64,000 bases of DNA from positions 1 to 64,000 of the IMG/VR virus record IMGVR_UViG_3300023082_000008. One strand, 5' to 3'. The DNA is from a virus. Its lineage: Duplodnaviria; Heunggongvirae; Uroviricota; Caudoviricetes. The notes beneath the pieces are model-generated. The model saw nothing but the letters and a program-made list of their open reading frames with translations. It was not told the origin of the DNA and made no database searches. Shown in pieces: positions 52,271-61,269 of the stretch. The translations under genes were made by a program, and so were the position numbers. Each line of letters opens with the position of its first letter. The first letter of the stretch is position 1.

Positions 52271-52457
52271 ACTCATATGTGAGATACGGGTCAGGATTTT
52301 CCCCGGGGTCAGATCAACCAAAACAGGCCAAATCTACAATCCTACCCGATCCGTGAGATATTTTCAACCCATTTGCCACATTTTGAGACAAAATCTTTCC
52401 TGTCCACACTCTGAGACAGGACTATACAGGCCGATACAGAGTGTGTATGTTTGACCT

Positions 52458-52721
52458 ATGAGCACACAAACAGTTTACGCAAACATCTCTACCGGCCGCC
52501 TTGCAGCAAGGGTCGCCACCGACGACGCCTCGCTTGTGTCCGTATGGATTCCCAACGGTCCGGTGCTGGGGTTCTACAAGTTGAGCCGATTCGGTGGAGC
52601 GCTTTCCTCTAAGAGGCTTGCCAGACTTTTCGAGGCCAAGTGTGCGGGATGCTTTCACGCTACGGGTGGACGCTACAAGGGATGCCCGACAAGACAGAAT
52701 GGCACGCCGAACTACAACTAG
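52458..52721 (+). CDS. hypothetical protein
   Basis: 87-aa ORF downstream of the palindrome sites at 52376-52418. Confidence 0.45.
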   Translation: MSTQTVYANISTGRLAARVATDDASLVSVWIPNGPVLGFYKLSRFGGALSSKRLARLFEAKCAGCFHATGGRYKGCPTRQNGTPNYN

Positions 52722-52857
52722 ACAACCATCCATCCATAGGCTAAGATCGAACCATGATGCAAAACATCCTCGCAGTTCTTCCCTACATGGTAGGTTTGGC
52801 ATTCGTCGCCGCTACCGTCGCTCTCGCAGCGCACATGATTGAAAAGGATATGAGAAA

Positions 52858-53088
52858 ATGAGTTACACTCTCGGTTTCTTCGAACTGTCCGACGATCTAG
52901 CGCATGATCCGGACCCGGTGGAACTCTCCCACGGTGAGAATGTTACGCTACTCATGCGCGAGGCCATGGAAAAGTACAGTGTGCATACGTGGCGATTCGA
53001 CGGCGATTGCTGGGAGTCGGATAACACAACCCGATTCAATCACTCCCGTTGTGCAGGACGTTTTTACGTCATGGACAATTTCGACTAG
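52858..53088 (+). CDS. hypothetical protein
   Basis: 76-aa ORF. A strong hairpin at 53105-53147 follows. Confidence 0.45.
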   Translation: MSYTLGFFELSDDLAHDPDPVELSHGENVTLLMREAMEKYSVHTWRFDGDCWESDNTTRFNHSRCAGRFYVMDNFD

Positions 53089-53364
53089 TCCACCCTCTAG
53101 GGTTGAGAGGGAAGGGAAAATTTGTGGTGGATTTTCCCTTCCCCTCCCCGCACATGTGTGCTAGGATCAAGTCATGAAAACTTACCTGGTGGCAGTGCTC
53201 GGATATGACTATGACAGTGACGAAAGGGTCACCCTGTCATTCTTTGTCGAGGCCGGTAGCCATGAAAAGGCTAAAGACATAGTAGGATCATACAATCGTG
53301 TACGTACCCTTGAAAGGGTTACATTCATGGAAGCAAAACAACTCTAATCCTTTAAGGGGAATTC

Positions 53365-53580
53365 ATGTTTAAGACAATTGATACCGTACCGGCCCATACG
53401 TTGGAAGCGGGTGACGTATTCGATTCGGACAGTGACGGTATTGTTACTGTCGTGTCAGTTGATGATGAAGGTGACAATCTGACCGTTACTGCAACGGATT
53501 CTTTCGATGATACAATCGAATTCACCTTGAATCCCATTCGGGATATTCCTATTCTTCAAGAAGTAGATGACGAAGAATAA
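53365..53580 (+). CDS. acidic hypothetical protein
   Basis: 71-aa ORF. A 57-aa ORF at 53174-53347 precedes it. Confidence 0.45.
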   Translation: MFKTIDTVPAHTLEAGDVFDSDSDGIVTVVSVDDEGDNLTVTATDSFDDTIEFTLNPIRDIPILQEVDDEE

Positions 53581-53583
53581 TTG

Positions 53584-53632
53584 TCCACATTCTGAGACAG
53601 ACCTTGACAGGCTTAGACAGAGAGCATAGTCT
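53584..53632 (+). promoter_or_regulatory. palindrome site TCCACATTCTGAGACA plus promoter TTGACA-17-TAGTCT
   Basis: Inverted repeat at 53584-53599. TTGACA 53604-53609, TAGTCT 53627-53632. ATG of the downstream gene at 53639. Confidence 0.55.
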
Positions 53633-53638
53633 TTAGTC

Positions 53639-54193
53639 ATGAACACAGACACCGCAGTCAGGAACATCATCGCTACCGCCCGCAAGGCTACTGCCGCAGA
53701 GATTGAAGCGGGTGCCGAATGGTACGGCGTGGCACATGACGCTGCCAAGGATATGTCGTCTCTCGAAATGGGTGCGGGTGTGATTGCAGCACTGTCACCT
53801 ATGATGGGATGGGATCGAAACGTCATGCTTGCATACCGCGCATTCGCAGACGGAACAGCGTCCGGTGCTATGGGTGCCAGCGTCCGTAAGGCTAATGCAA
53901 TCATGACCGGAAACGACCCCCTGGACATTCTCGGCGGTGCTAAGGTACGATCGTTCTATGCAAACATCGTCAACCCTATGGGCGCGGACGTGACCATTGA
54001 TCGGCACGCGTTCGATATCGTTTACGGTCGTGCTACCGACGACAAGACTCGTGGCATTCTGTCCCGCAAGGGCATGTATGAGTTGCACGCCGACGCGTAC
54101 AGGCAGGCCGGTATGATGCTGGGTGGACTCACTGGCGCACAAATGCAGGCCATTACCTGGGTTGCGTGGCGCCGCATTAAGGGGATCAAGTGA
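53639..54193 (+). CDS. hypothetical protein
   Basis: 184-aa ORF. Confidence 0.6.
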   Translation: MNTDTAVRNIIATARKATAAEIEAGAEWYGVAHDAAKDMSSLEMGAGVIAALSPMMGWDRNVMLAYRAFADGTASGAMGASVRKANAIMTGNDPLDILGGAKVRSFYANIVNPMGADVTIDRHAFDIVYGRATDDKTRGILSRKGMYELHADAYRQAGMMLGGLTGAQMQAITWVAWRRIKGIK

Positions 54194-54288
54194 GATATGC
54201 GCAATATTGTTGCGTTTGTGGATGCTTGCATGAACATGACTTGCATAGGCCTAAGTCACCCAAACCTACATACCCACCAAGATTCTAA

Positions 54289-54338
54289 TCTCACATACTG
54301 AGACACCACTATACAAACCTCACACGATAGGCTACACT
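54289..54338 (+). promoter_or_regulatory. palindrome TCTCA-CATAC-TGAGA plus weak-minus-35 promoter TATACA-17-TACACT
   Basis: Inverted repeat 54289-54305. TATACA 54310-54315, TACACT 54333-54338. A small basic ORF at 54346-54492 follows. Confidence 0.5.
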
Positions 54339-54491
54339 AGAACCATGAAGAACAACCGTCGCCCCCAGACCCCCAAGTCCACCCCGCGCGCATTCGCTGG
54401 CAAGTACCGCGAATCGGACGACTTCAACACACCTACCGCGCGGTACGATCGTTCCGACGATCGTCGCGCTCGACAGAACGGATACAAGTAA

Positions 54492-54866
54492 ATGACAAAT
54501 ACGTATGCTCTAGGCATTAACGAAACAAATGCAGATACACACCTATGGATTAAGGTGGACGGTCCAGACAATGAGATTGTCTTTACCTCATTCGCCGAAG
54601 CCCTTAAGTCGAATGTTGAGGGATCGTTTGCAGTAGCAGACGTCATTGCAAACCTTAAGGCCGATCACCTTAAGATTCTGGCTATCTATGTCGATAGCGT
54701 TCCTACCGTCGATCATACTCCGCATCTTTTCAGTGAGGCAGACCTCAGCGTTACCCTATTCGATAAGGAATCGGGTGACTACCTAGTCACTCGTGGCATT
54801 GAGTCGTGGGCCGGTATCTATGGCGTACGTGTCACGGTCCCTGACCATGGTATCAGTGTCCACTAG
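54492..54866 (+). CDS. hypothetical protein
   Basis: 124-aa ORF. A rho-independent terminator at 54886-54920 follows. Confidence 0.55.
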   Translation: MTNTYALGINETNADTHLWIKVDGPDNEIVFTSFAEALKSNVEGSFAVADVIANLKADHLKILAIYVDSVPTVDHTPHLFSEADLSVTLFDKESGDYLVTRGIESWAGIYGVRVTVPDHGISVH

Positions 54867-54885
54867 TCCTAGCACATAAGTCTAT

Positions 54886-54920
54886 CCCCTGTCTATACCG
54901 GCAGGGGATTTTCTTTTCTC
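54886..54920 (+). terminator. rho-independent terminator
   Basis: CCCCTG-TCTATACCGG-CAGGGG followed by ATTTTCTTTTCTC. Confidence 0.65.
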
Positions 54921-54929
54921 AAATTTCTA

Positions 54930-54979
54930 TCTCAACATGTGAGATAGAGGTAGACAGGGCATGATATCCCTAGTATTGT
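54930..54979 (+). promoter_or_regulatory. palindrome TCTCA-ACATG-TGAGA plus TAGACA promoter
   Basis: Inverted repeat 54930-54944. TAGACA 54951-54956. A -10 candidate TATTGT 54974-54979. Confidence 0.45.
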
Positions 54980-55019
54980 TCTATTTGTAAGGAAAACACA
55001 CACTCACAAAGGGAAAATC

Positions 55020-55274
55020 ATGCGTATCACTCGCAAGATGGTCGATGCTCGGATCGAATCGGTCAACGTTCTTTTGGGCCACGGTGAGAATCCGGCCTAT
55101 AGCACGGTGGGCGCGGTTACTCTCGGTTCCGCCTACGGTGGATACAGGGTGGAACGATACTGCAATGATGCCGGGGCGGTCTCGACTCTCACCAATGGAT
55201 ATGGTACTCTGCGAGAGGCCTATGGTTTCTTGCAGGGCATGCTTTCCGGTCTGAGAATCTCGAAGGAGATTTAA
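55020..55274 (+). CDS. hypothetical protein
   Basis: 84-aa ORF. Confidence 0.5.
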   Translation: MRITRKMVDARIESVNVLLGHGENPAYSTVGAVTLGSAYGGYRVERYCNDAGAVSTLTNGYGTLREAYGFLQGMLSGLRISKEI

Positions 55275-55324
55275 TCTCACATTCTGAGATTCCACTAGAC
55301 AAGCCAATCAGGATAGGCTAGATT
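55275..55324 (+). promoter_or_regulatory. palindrome TCTCA-CATTC-TGAGA plus promoter TAGACA-17-TAGATT
   Basis: Inverted repeat 55275-55289. TAGACA 55296-55301, TAGATT 55319-55324. ATG at 55331. Confidence 0.55.
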
Positions 55325-55330
55325 AGAGAC

Positions 55331-55675
55331 ATGAAAACAAACACCGCAAGAGAATACCTCGTCGGAAAGGGCCTCGCAAAGGCCGGACGGGGAAAGTTCT
55401 CCAACGCTGCAAAAGAGCACCTGTCGGAAGCAATCGCCGCCGGTATGGTATTCTCTGATTACTCTGAAAAGGGTTCATCTGCTAAGGTGAACATGACAGA
55501 AGAATCGTACGAAATTGCTCCCATGACGTGGCCCAATGGGTCCGCCCGATTTGTCGAAAACGGCAAAAAAATTTCCATGAAAAGTGCTTGCAATTCATGC
55601 GGATACAGTCTAGGCTGGTGTGAGTGCGCAACGCCTCGTGTCTACAGTAAGGTCGTGGTCATATCAGCAAACTAA
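55331..55675 (+). CDS. hypothetical protein with C-terminal Cys cluster
   Basis: 114-aa ORF with CNSCGYSLGWCEC. Confidence 0.5.
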   Translation: MKTNTAREYLVGKGLAKAGRGKFSNAAKEHLSEAIAAGMVFSDYSEKGSSAKVNMTEESYEIAPMTWPNGSARFVENGKKISMKSACNSCGYSLGWCECATPRVYSKVVVISAN

Positions 55676-55868
55676 GCAAGGCCGCAAATGTGGGAATTTA
55701 CGGTGCCGCGTCAACTGTTGCACTGGCACTGATTATTCCCGCTGCGATTCTGTTCGGATTGTTCGCAGTCTTTTTGAAGGCACTTGTCTAAAAGACTTGA
55801 TTCGAACGCGAAACACTGATACACTCAAAACACACCGCAAAACACACACTCATAGAAAAGAGAATCAC

Positions 55869-56189
55869 ATGTCGAACAACACCAACGCCCCCGTCCTGGT
55901 CTCCGCTTCCTACGTCCGCGATTGGGCCGTCCGTACCGGTCTCCGGTCCGCTGAGGCCAAGGTCATCGGAAAGTTGACCAACGCCGAGGTTTCGGCTTTC
56001 AACAGCAAGCACAAGAGCAAGGCGTACAAGCCCGGCCAGGCTCCGGCGAGTACCATCGCCGTCAAGGTCGGTCGAAAGGTTGTCCACGTCGAGAGTGCCA
56101 CGCTGCGGTCCGCGATCGGTGCCGGTAAGCGTGGAAAGGTCAACGCGAGCAAGGCCGCTGAGTACGTCATCGGTGCCGGTCTGGTCTGA
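55869..56189 (+). CDS. possible Lsr2-like DNA-binding protein
   Basis: SYVRDWAVRTGLRSAEAKVIGKLTNAEV resembles the Lsr2 DNA-binding helix region [23 protein letters not shown]. Basic, 106 aa. Confidence 0.3.
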   Translation: MSNNTNAPVLVSASYVRDWAVRTGLRSAEAKVIGKLTNAEVSAFNSKHKSKAYKPGQAPASTIAVKVGRKVVHVESATLRSAIGAGKRGKVNASKAAEYVIGAGLV

Positions 56190-56207
56190 TACGGGCCAAA
56201 AAGTTTT

Positions 56208-56250
56208 GAGAAAAATTCTCCCTAGAACTTCCCTAGGGAGAATTTTTCTG
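56208..56250 (+). terminator. bidirectional terminator palindrome
   Basis: GAGAAAAATTCTCCCTAG...CTAGGGAGAATTTTTCT: a perfect 18-bp inverted repeat flanked by A- and T-runs. Confidence 0.65.
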
Positions 56251-56293
56251 TTATGCTAGTTTTACAAGCCAATCACGAACAGAGGAAAATGAA

Positions 56294-56503
56294 ATGAAGT
56301 CCACTATTGCTACCATCGTTGTCGCCCTGTCTTTTGTTGTCGTTTCCCCGGCCTCGTCTGCGGATGCGCACGAAAGCGGTAAGCGGACCGAAACCGTGTA
56401 CGGAAAGATCAAGATGAACAAGACAAGCAAGTTCATCTGCAAGGGCAACACGTTCGATTCTGCTCCTTCGGGTCGCCTCTGCAAGACCAACAAGTGGCAG
56501 TAA
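56294..56503 (+). CDS. small secreted protein
   Basis: Signal peptide MKSTIATIVVALSFVVVSPASSADA. 69 aa with two Cys. Confidence 0.5.
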   Translation: MKSTIATIVVALSFVVVSPASSADAHESGKRTETVYGKIKMNKTSKFICKGNTFDSAPSGRLCKTNKWQ

Positions 56504-56719
56504 AAAAGTGGCCGGTAGGACTAGACACCTACCGGCCACTAGGCTAGACTCTAGATATGAACACAAACACAAGCGGACAGACCGACTACTGCGACTACTG
56601 CGAAACTACGGTTACGATCGTAGACGACTCCATCGAATCTGACGACATGGGTTTTGAGTATCATGTTTACATGTTTTCTTGTGGCCACGATTCCGCCCTG
56701 AAATTGTTCTAAAAAGATT

Positions 56720-56749
56720 CCCCAATCTGCGGATTGGGGCTTTCTTTTG
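56720..56749 (+). terminator. rho-independent terminator
   Basis: CCCCAATC-TGCG-GATTGGGG followed by CTTTCTTTTG. Confidence 0.65.
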
Positions 56750-56791
56750 CTCCGATTCTGTACTAGGATGGGTTTGGTGCCTGAAAATAAA

Positions 56792-56843
56792 TCTCACTAT
56801 GTGAGATGGCCCTATACAGGGTGGCCGGTATGTGCATAGAAAA
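56792..56843 (+). promoter_or_regulatory. palindrome TCTCA-CTATG-TGAGA plus TATACA promoter
   Basis: Inverted repeat 56792-56806. TATACA 56813-56818. Upstream of the 56940 gene. Confidence 0.45.
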
Positions 56844-56939
56844 TTCAAAGATATTCAAAATAGGGCTTGCATAGACTATCCCCATACCCTAGACTGTAGA
56901 TACAAGGTAACAACAACCCACACACACATAGGACATACC

Positions 56940-57287
56940 ATGCTCAACCTTGATACCTACTACTACGGCACCGGATACAAGGGCACCAATGCGGTGGCCT
57001 ATGAGACGGGTACGGGTGTGCAGGCGGTAGCAGTAGGGGATACTATGGCCGATGCAGTGCACAAGATGACTATGTGTGCTAGTGATGATGAAACAAACAT
57101 CATTGACTATGTGTGGATGGATGCAGCACAACATGTCTCATATGTCTCTCTCATGAACGCATATGATGGATGCCGCGTCGCTTGCGACTCATGCAACGAC
57201 CCGGTGACGCTTGAAGTTGTCGACTGGATCGACGCGCGGGGCACGTGCGAGTCTTGCGGTAGTGAGGTGACTTACTACGACTTCTAA
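56940..57287 (+). CDS. Cys-rich hypothetical protein
   Basis: 115-aa ORF with several Cys pairs in the C-terminal half. Last + strand gene before the strand switch. Confidence 0.5.
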   Translation: MLNLDTYYYGTGYKGTNAVAYETGTGVQAVAVGDTMADAVHKMTMCASDDETNIIDYVWMDAAQHVSYVSLMNAYDGCRVACDSCNDPVTLEVVDWIDARGTCESCGSEVTYYDF

Positions 57288-57294
57288 GGCATGT

Positions 57295-57326
57295 GGGAGG
57301 CCCGCTAAGGGCCTCCCATTCCTTTT
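57295..57326. terminator. bidirectional terminator between convergent gene blocks
   Basis: GGGAGGCCC-GCTAA-GGGCCTCCC followed by ATTCCTTTTAGG. Lies between the + strand gene ending at 57287 and the - strand gene ending at 57438. Confidence 0.65.
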
Positions 57327-57437
57327 AGGTTCGTCAGTATATCGGCGCACTAAAGGGTCTCAGATCGCAATATTTGCGGCCTGTATCATCCAAGAATATC
57401 CAGATGTTAACCCTAGCAATATTTAGAAAGTTAACAA

Positions 57438-58085
57438 TTACTTTGTATCGACGCCGCGCATGTCAACGCCATTTCTTAACTTGCTGACAATGACTTTTGA
57501 GACTCCGTACTTTTCTGCCATAGACTTTCCAGAACCACGACTGTATGGTTTTGTGAGGATATCTGCTACAGCCTCAGGAGAGAGTTTGCTACGATACTGT
57601 TGGCGAGGTATGTTTCGATTCTCTCCACCGGTATAGAATTCAAAAGACCGACCGGTAAGGATTCTTCTAACCAGTTCTTCTGAGACATTGTACTGCTGTG
57701 CCAAGTCAACGACCATTGTCTTAGTAATGGGAGAATTGTAAATGTTCTTCACGTCTTTGATCGGAAGAAGATTGTGTCCTCTTTCCTTTGACAATTTATC
57801 GTCACTGTTGACCTTGGCTGTGCCTAGAAAAAGATGTTCGGGACGAACACATTTTCGATTGTCACACTTGTGGCACACCTGAAATCCTGTAGGATCACCA
57901 TTGAAAACCTCGTATGTTATCCTGTGAGCGCCAATGGTTTTTTGTCTACCCGTGAAGTCGCGCAGATTTCCGTATCCCGTGCGAGTGTTCTTGGTCCACT
58001 CCCAGCAGTGCCCCAGTTCCGGTCGCACGATGGTACCAGTTTTGTCAACGTTATCCCAGAACCAGTCTGGTATTAAAATAGTCAT
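57438..58085 (-). CDS. HNH homing endonuclease (HNH_3 type)
   Basis: [15 protein letters not shown]...[11 protein letters not shown]...[18 protein letters not shown] core with a C-terminal DNA-binding region. Confidence 0.7.
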   Translation of the reverse strand: MTILIPDWFWDNVDKTGTIVRPELGHCWEWTKNTRTGYGNLRDFTGRQKTIGAHRITYEVFNGDPTGFQVCHKCDNRKCVRPEHLFLGTAKVNSDDKLSKERGHNLLPIKDVKNIYNSPITKTMVVDLAQQYNVSEELVRRILTGRSFEFYTGGENRNIPRQQYRSKLSPEAVADILTKPYSRGSGKSMAEKYGVSKVIVSKLRNGVDMRGVDTK

Positions 58086-58112
58086 GGTCTAATGATACCA
58101 CACAAAAGTTAA

Positions 58113-58337
58113 CTATAGTCGCAATCTGTAAAACCATTTTACATGCTGCGTGGTTTGAGGCTCCCATCCAAGAGTGGCAAGTGCCGCGCCAAAAGCAGTT
58201 CTTCGAACAGGAAGCCATTCTCCAGTCTTGAACATGATATGTTTGGGTTCTTTCCAAAATTTGATGAATCGCCCTACGACCAAAATGATACTGAGAGTTG
58301 TTAGACCCCAGACACCAAATTGTAAGAAAAGAATCAT
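58113..58337 (-). CDS. small membrane protein
   Basis: 74-aa ORF with two hydrophobic helices. Confidence 0.45.
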   Translation of the reverse strand: MILFLQFGVWGLTTLSIILVVGRFIKFWKEPKHIMFKTGEWLPVRRTAFGAALATLGWEPQTTQHVKWFYRLRL

Positions 58338-58504
58338 CCCATAAAATTTCTGAACTTGTAAATGAAGTACGCCAGCGAGCCCAGCACGCCAACAACCACA
58401 CCGGCGATGGTGCTCAAAATTACTGCGATCATATGTCCTCTTTCATGCAGGGAATTTACTAGGGTTTCTAAGAGAGTTAAAAATGAGGGAATCTATGAGG
58501 GTTA

Positions 58505-58729
58505 CTACAACCGACCAATAAGTAGACCTTCGGCCACTTCCCAATTCAGTTCACCCTTGTCGAGAGCGACAGAGTAGGCACATTTCCGAAGGTCGATGCC
58601 CGTGTTGACGCATTCGTGCGAGTGCATGATATAAATAGTACCAGCCTTGAATAACAGAAGATGATAGTCTTCATGGCGTGGTACGCCGAAAATCTTTTCA
58701 ATCTTCTTTGGGTCCACGAGTTCAGTCAT
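58505..58729 (-). CDS. hypothetical protein
   Basis: 74-aa ORF. Confidence 0.45.
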   Translation of the reverse strand: MTELVDPKKIEKIFGVPRHEDYHLLLFKAGTIYIMHSHECVNTGIDLRKCAYSVALDKGELNWEVAEGLLIGRL

Positions 58730-59060
58730 TACTCAAAACCCATTTATGACTAAAGTCTCCCAGCGTCATACGCTTATAGTCTGCGGCGAGTATTACGTCA
58801 TCCATGCTAAATCCGAATTCATCGCACATGGTGCGCATAACCTCGTACACGTCGCCCAGTTCTAAAATCGTATCAGTCCACACCCCGGACTTTGGGCTTG
58901 TGCTGGCTACCTCTTCGGCTTCTTCGATCAACTTGGCCTTGAGCAGCGCGCGGTAATCGTTGTTTTCTATCTGGCTTCGCGCTGTGAACCCAACATTCTC
59001 AGGCTTGCTAGGCCAGTCATAAACTCTACGCCCTATAACGTTTCTAACTAATTTGCGCAT
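58722..59060 (-). CDS. MazG-like nucleotide pyrophosphohydrolase
   Basis: KLIEEAEEV...ELGDVYEVM matches the MazG/HisE-type EExxE...D helix motifs. 112 aa. Confidence 0.55.
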   Translation of the reverse strand: MRKLVRNVIGRRVYDWPSKPENVGFTARSQIENNDYRALLKAKLIEEAEEVASTSPKSGVWTDTILELGDVYEVMRTMCDEFGFSMDDVILAADYKRMTLGDFSHKWVLSND

Positions 59061-59422
59061 TAGTATTCTCCGTATCCTCTGCTAGGAATTGAGGGTGGGT
59101 TTTGCCTACCGCCGTACTGTACTAGTGATGTGTGAATCCATAAGTTCTCCACGTGGGGATTCCCAATGAGCAGCATGTCTCCCAAATTGGCGATGACAGC
59201 GTAGGTGCGGTCTTCGTATTCAACCGTGTGGGTTCTGTTAAGGCCGTTGAAATATGTGCTCATGGAATAATCTTTCTGTCTGAGGTCTCTACCTGTAGCC
59301 AACCATAGCCATAATTGTCTAGGTCTTTGTATACCTGGCGGCTGTACTGTACCGCGCGGGACTTTTTGAATTGGTCCCACCACTGGATCATTTTCCCGGC
59401 TGCTCTCCGTACGTTTCAGCAT
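59060..59422 (-). CDS. hypothetical protein
   Basis: 120-aa ORF. Confidence 0.5.
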   Translation of the reverse strand: MLKRTESSRENDPVVGPIQKVPRGTVQPPGIQRPRQLWLWLATGRDLRQKDYSMSTYFNGLNRTHTVEYEDRTYAVIANLGDMLLIGNPHVENLWIHTSLVQYGGRQNPPSIPSRGYGEY

Positions 59423-59702
59423 TGGTTGCTACTGCCGTATTGGTCGTTGTAATGTCAGCCCAAATCGCAGGCTTGATGCCTGGACTAATGTAAGGATTCG
59501 GTTGAGCCGGTACTTTGGGAGCAATATACGGAGTTGTGTTAAGTTTTGGCTTTTCATTCCTAGCCTCAATATCGTTGGCAATAGACCGTAGTAGTCCCGC
59601 AATAACCTCAGCAGGCAACTGTGACTCCAAAATATTAACGTACTGTACGTATTCTTGGTCTGGCGTATCTTGATTGTCCAAAATTTCAATTGAAATCTGC
59701 AT
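59388..59702 (-). CDS. hypothetical protein
   Basis: Start placed at the internal Met (MQISIEILDN...) to avoid overlap with the upstream gene. Confidence 0.4.
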   Translation of the reverse strand: MQISIEILDNQDTPDQEYVQYVNILESQLPAEVIAGLLRSIANDIEARNEKPKLNTTPYIAPKVPAQPNPYISPGIKPAIWADITTTNTAVATNAETYGEQPGK

Positions 59703-60088
59703 TAAATGTCTCCCCATTCTCTCCACACCTTGGTGTGCTCTCTTAAGTATCTATGACGAATGCTAAATTTTCCATTTTTGTCAGTCGGTACGTGATTCTC
59801 AACAAACAACTCAGCGTCATCGAGGGTATCGAATGGTCCATGCTGTTCTAATTTTCCGGCAATGCGCTCACTGCCGTAGTTAAACTCGTTCGTTTCAAAC
59901 GTGTCGGGCCACTTTTCTTCCACCAACCATTTTTCATCAATCAGCGGGAACGACTTAATCTTGTCGTGGCGTTTCTTTGCATCCAAACGCATTCTTTCCA
60001 TGAAACCGATTTGAGGATTAGGATTTTTAGGCTTCGCCATTAGGAAACCAAGTATGAAGACGTGTTTGCGACCCAACGGTTGCGCCAA
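59702..60088 (-). CDS. hypothetical protein
   Basis: 128-aa ORF. Confidence 0.5.
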   Translation of the reverse strand: MAQPLGRKHVFILGFLMAKPKNPNPQIGFMERMRLDAKKRHDKIKSFPLIDEKWLVEEKWPDTFETNEFNYGSERIAGKLEQHGPFDTLDDAELFVENHVPTDKNGKFSIRHRYLREHTKVWREWGDI

Positions 60089-60399
60089 GACCAGTCATCA
60101 AGGACATAATTAGCAAATTCTGTCTCGTCAAGGTCAACATGACTTTCAACTTCCCAGTCTAGACGCTTGAGCGCGGTATCGTAGGACTTGATAAACGACT
60201 CTGGCTTAGGAAGATCAGAAATAGGCATCTGAACACTATCAAAATTGCCCTCTAGGCTTTCTCCAAGCACTTCACGCAGACGAGCAACAACCTTTTCTTC
60301 CCACAGGGCGCGGGCGGCTCGGTACTCGGTCCAGTGCTTTTTGCGATTTGACTCCAAAGTCTCTCTAAGTCGTAATACTTCTACTGTGGTTGTGTTCAT
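60040..60399 (-). CDS. hypothetical protein
   Basis: 119-aa ORF. Confidence 0.5.
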   Translation of the reverse strand: MNTTTVEVLRLRETLESNRKKHWTEYRAARALWEEKVVARLREVLGESLEGNFDSVQMPISDLPKPESFIKSYDTALKRLDWEVESHVDLDETEFANYVLDDWSWRNRWVANTSSYLVS

Positions 60400-60425
60400 T
60401 TAACTCCTATATGTGATATTGGTCA

Positions 60426-60866
60426 CTAAATTACTTCGCCGCGCGACTTAATTCGCTGTAACGCCGCTGCTCGGTCGTCTACACTAAAAGAATATAGCCG
60501 ATCAAAGGCCTTGTTCTCTTCCAGTGACGCTTTTCTATAATCTCTTAGTGCTTTTTCAACGGCAATCTCGTGCGTTGCCTCACCAGACAGGCCGGTATAG
60601 GCTTCGGGAACCTCGACAGTCTCGAAACTCTTGACGCAAGCCGTAACAGTACCGGGCTCAACCTCGGTACGACCCTGATCTTGAAAGTATACACCATTGA
60701 GGGCATTCTCAACAATACGTGTAGGAGACTCCTGCAAAACGATTACCGCGCCGTGGTCAGTGTGACCATAGTGATCCAGCGCAACGTGCACAGCGTGTGC
60801 TGCCTGCTTACCTCGTGACATATTCTTGTTCACGAGAATGACCATGCGGCCCTCTGTTTCAGTCAT
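60426..60866 (-). CDS. PTH2-family peptidyl-tRNA hydrolase-like
   Basis: N-terminal MVILVNKNMSRGKQAAHAVHVAL parallels the PTH2 core (MVLVVRTDL-MGKGKIAAQCSHAA). Confidence 0.45.
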   Translation of the reverse strand: MTETEGRMVILVNKNMSRGKQAAHAVHVALDHYGHTDHGAVIVLQESPTRIVENALNGVYFQDQGRTEVEPGTVTACVKSFETVEVPEAYTGLSGEATHEIAVEKALRDYRKASLEENKAFDRLYSFSVDDRAAALQRIKSRGEVI

Positions 60867-60999
60867 AGTACCTTCTCAAAATAGCGTTCGATGATCTTGA
60901 CAACGATTCTGGCATCCTTAGGAGTGAGGCTGGTGTTTGAAGACCAGTCCGCATTCTTTTTGAGATTTTCTAGAATCTTGGCAACTTCCTCAATTGAGG

Positions 61000-61269
61000 T
61001 CATCCGGGGTATGCCTCGTCAATCTTCTTGTCGACGGCGTCGAGGCCCATTTGCTGCCAAAGTGCTACATCAGCAGCGTCTGGTCCAAAGATTGCACCGT
61101 ATGAAATATCTACCGGCTCGTTGAGGATGATTTCGCCTTCTTTTACACCGTAGATATTCCGCAAAGCAGTGACGACAATGGTTCCTTTTCGGTCGGTGTC
61201 GTCGTCATAGATGACCTCCAACTTCCAATCACCCTTGTCGATGGTGTTAATGTAAGCCATATCACTCAT
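61000..61269 (-). CDS. hypothetical protein
   Basis: Start at internal Met (MSDMAYINT...) to avoid a long overlap with the upstream gene. Confidence 0.4.
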   Translation of the reverse strand: MSDMAYINTIDKGDWKLEVIYDDDTDRKGTIVVTALRNIYGVKEGEIILNEPVDISYGAIFGPDAADVALWQQMGLDAVDKKIDEAYPG

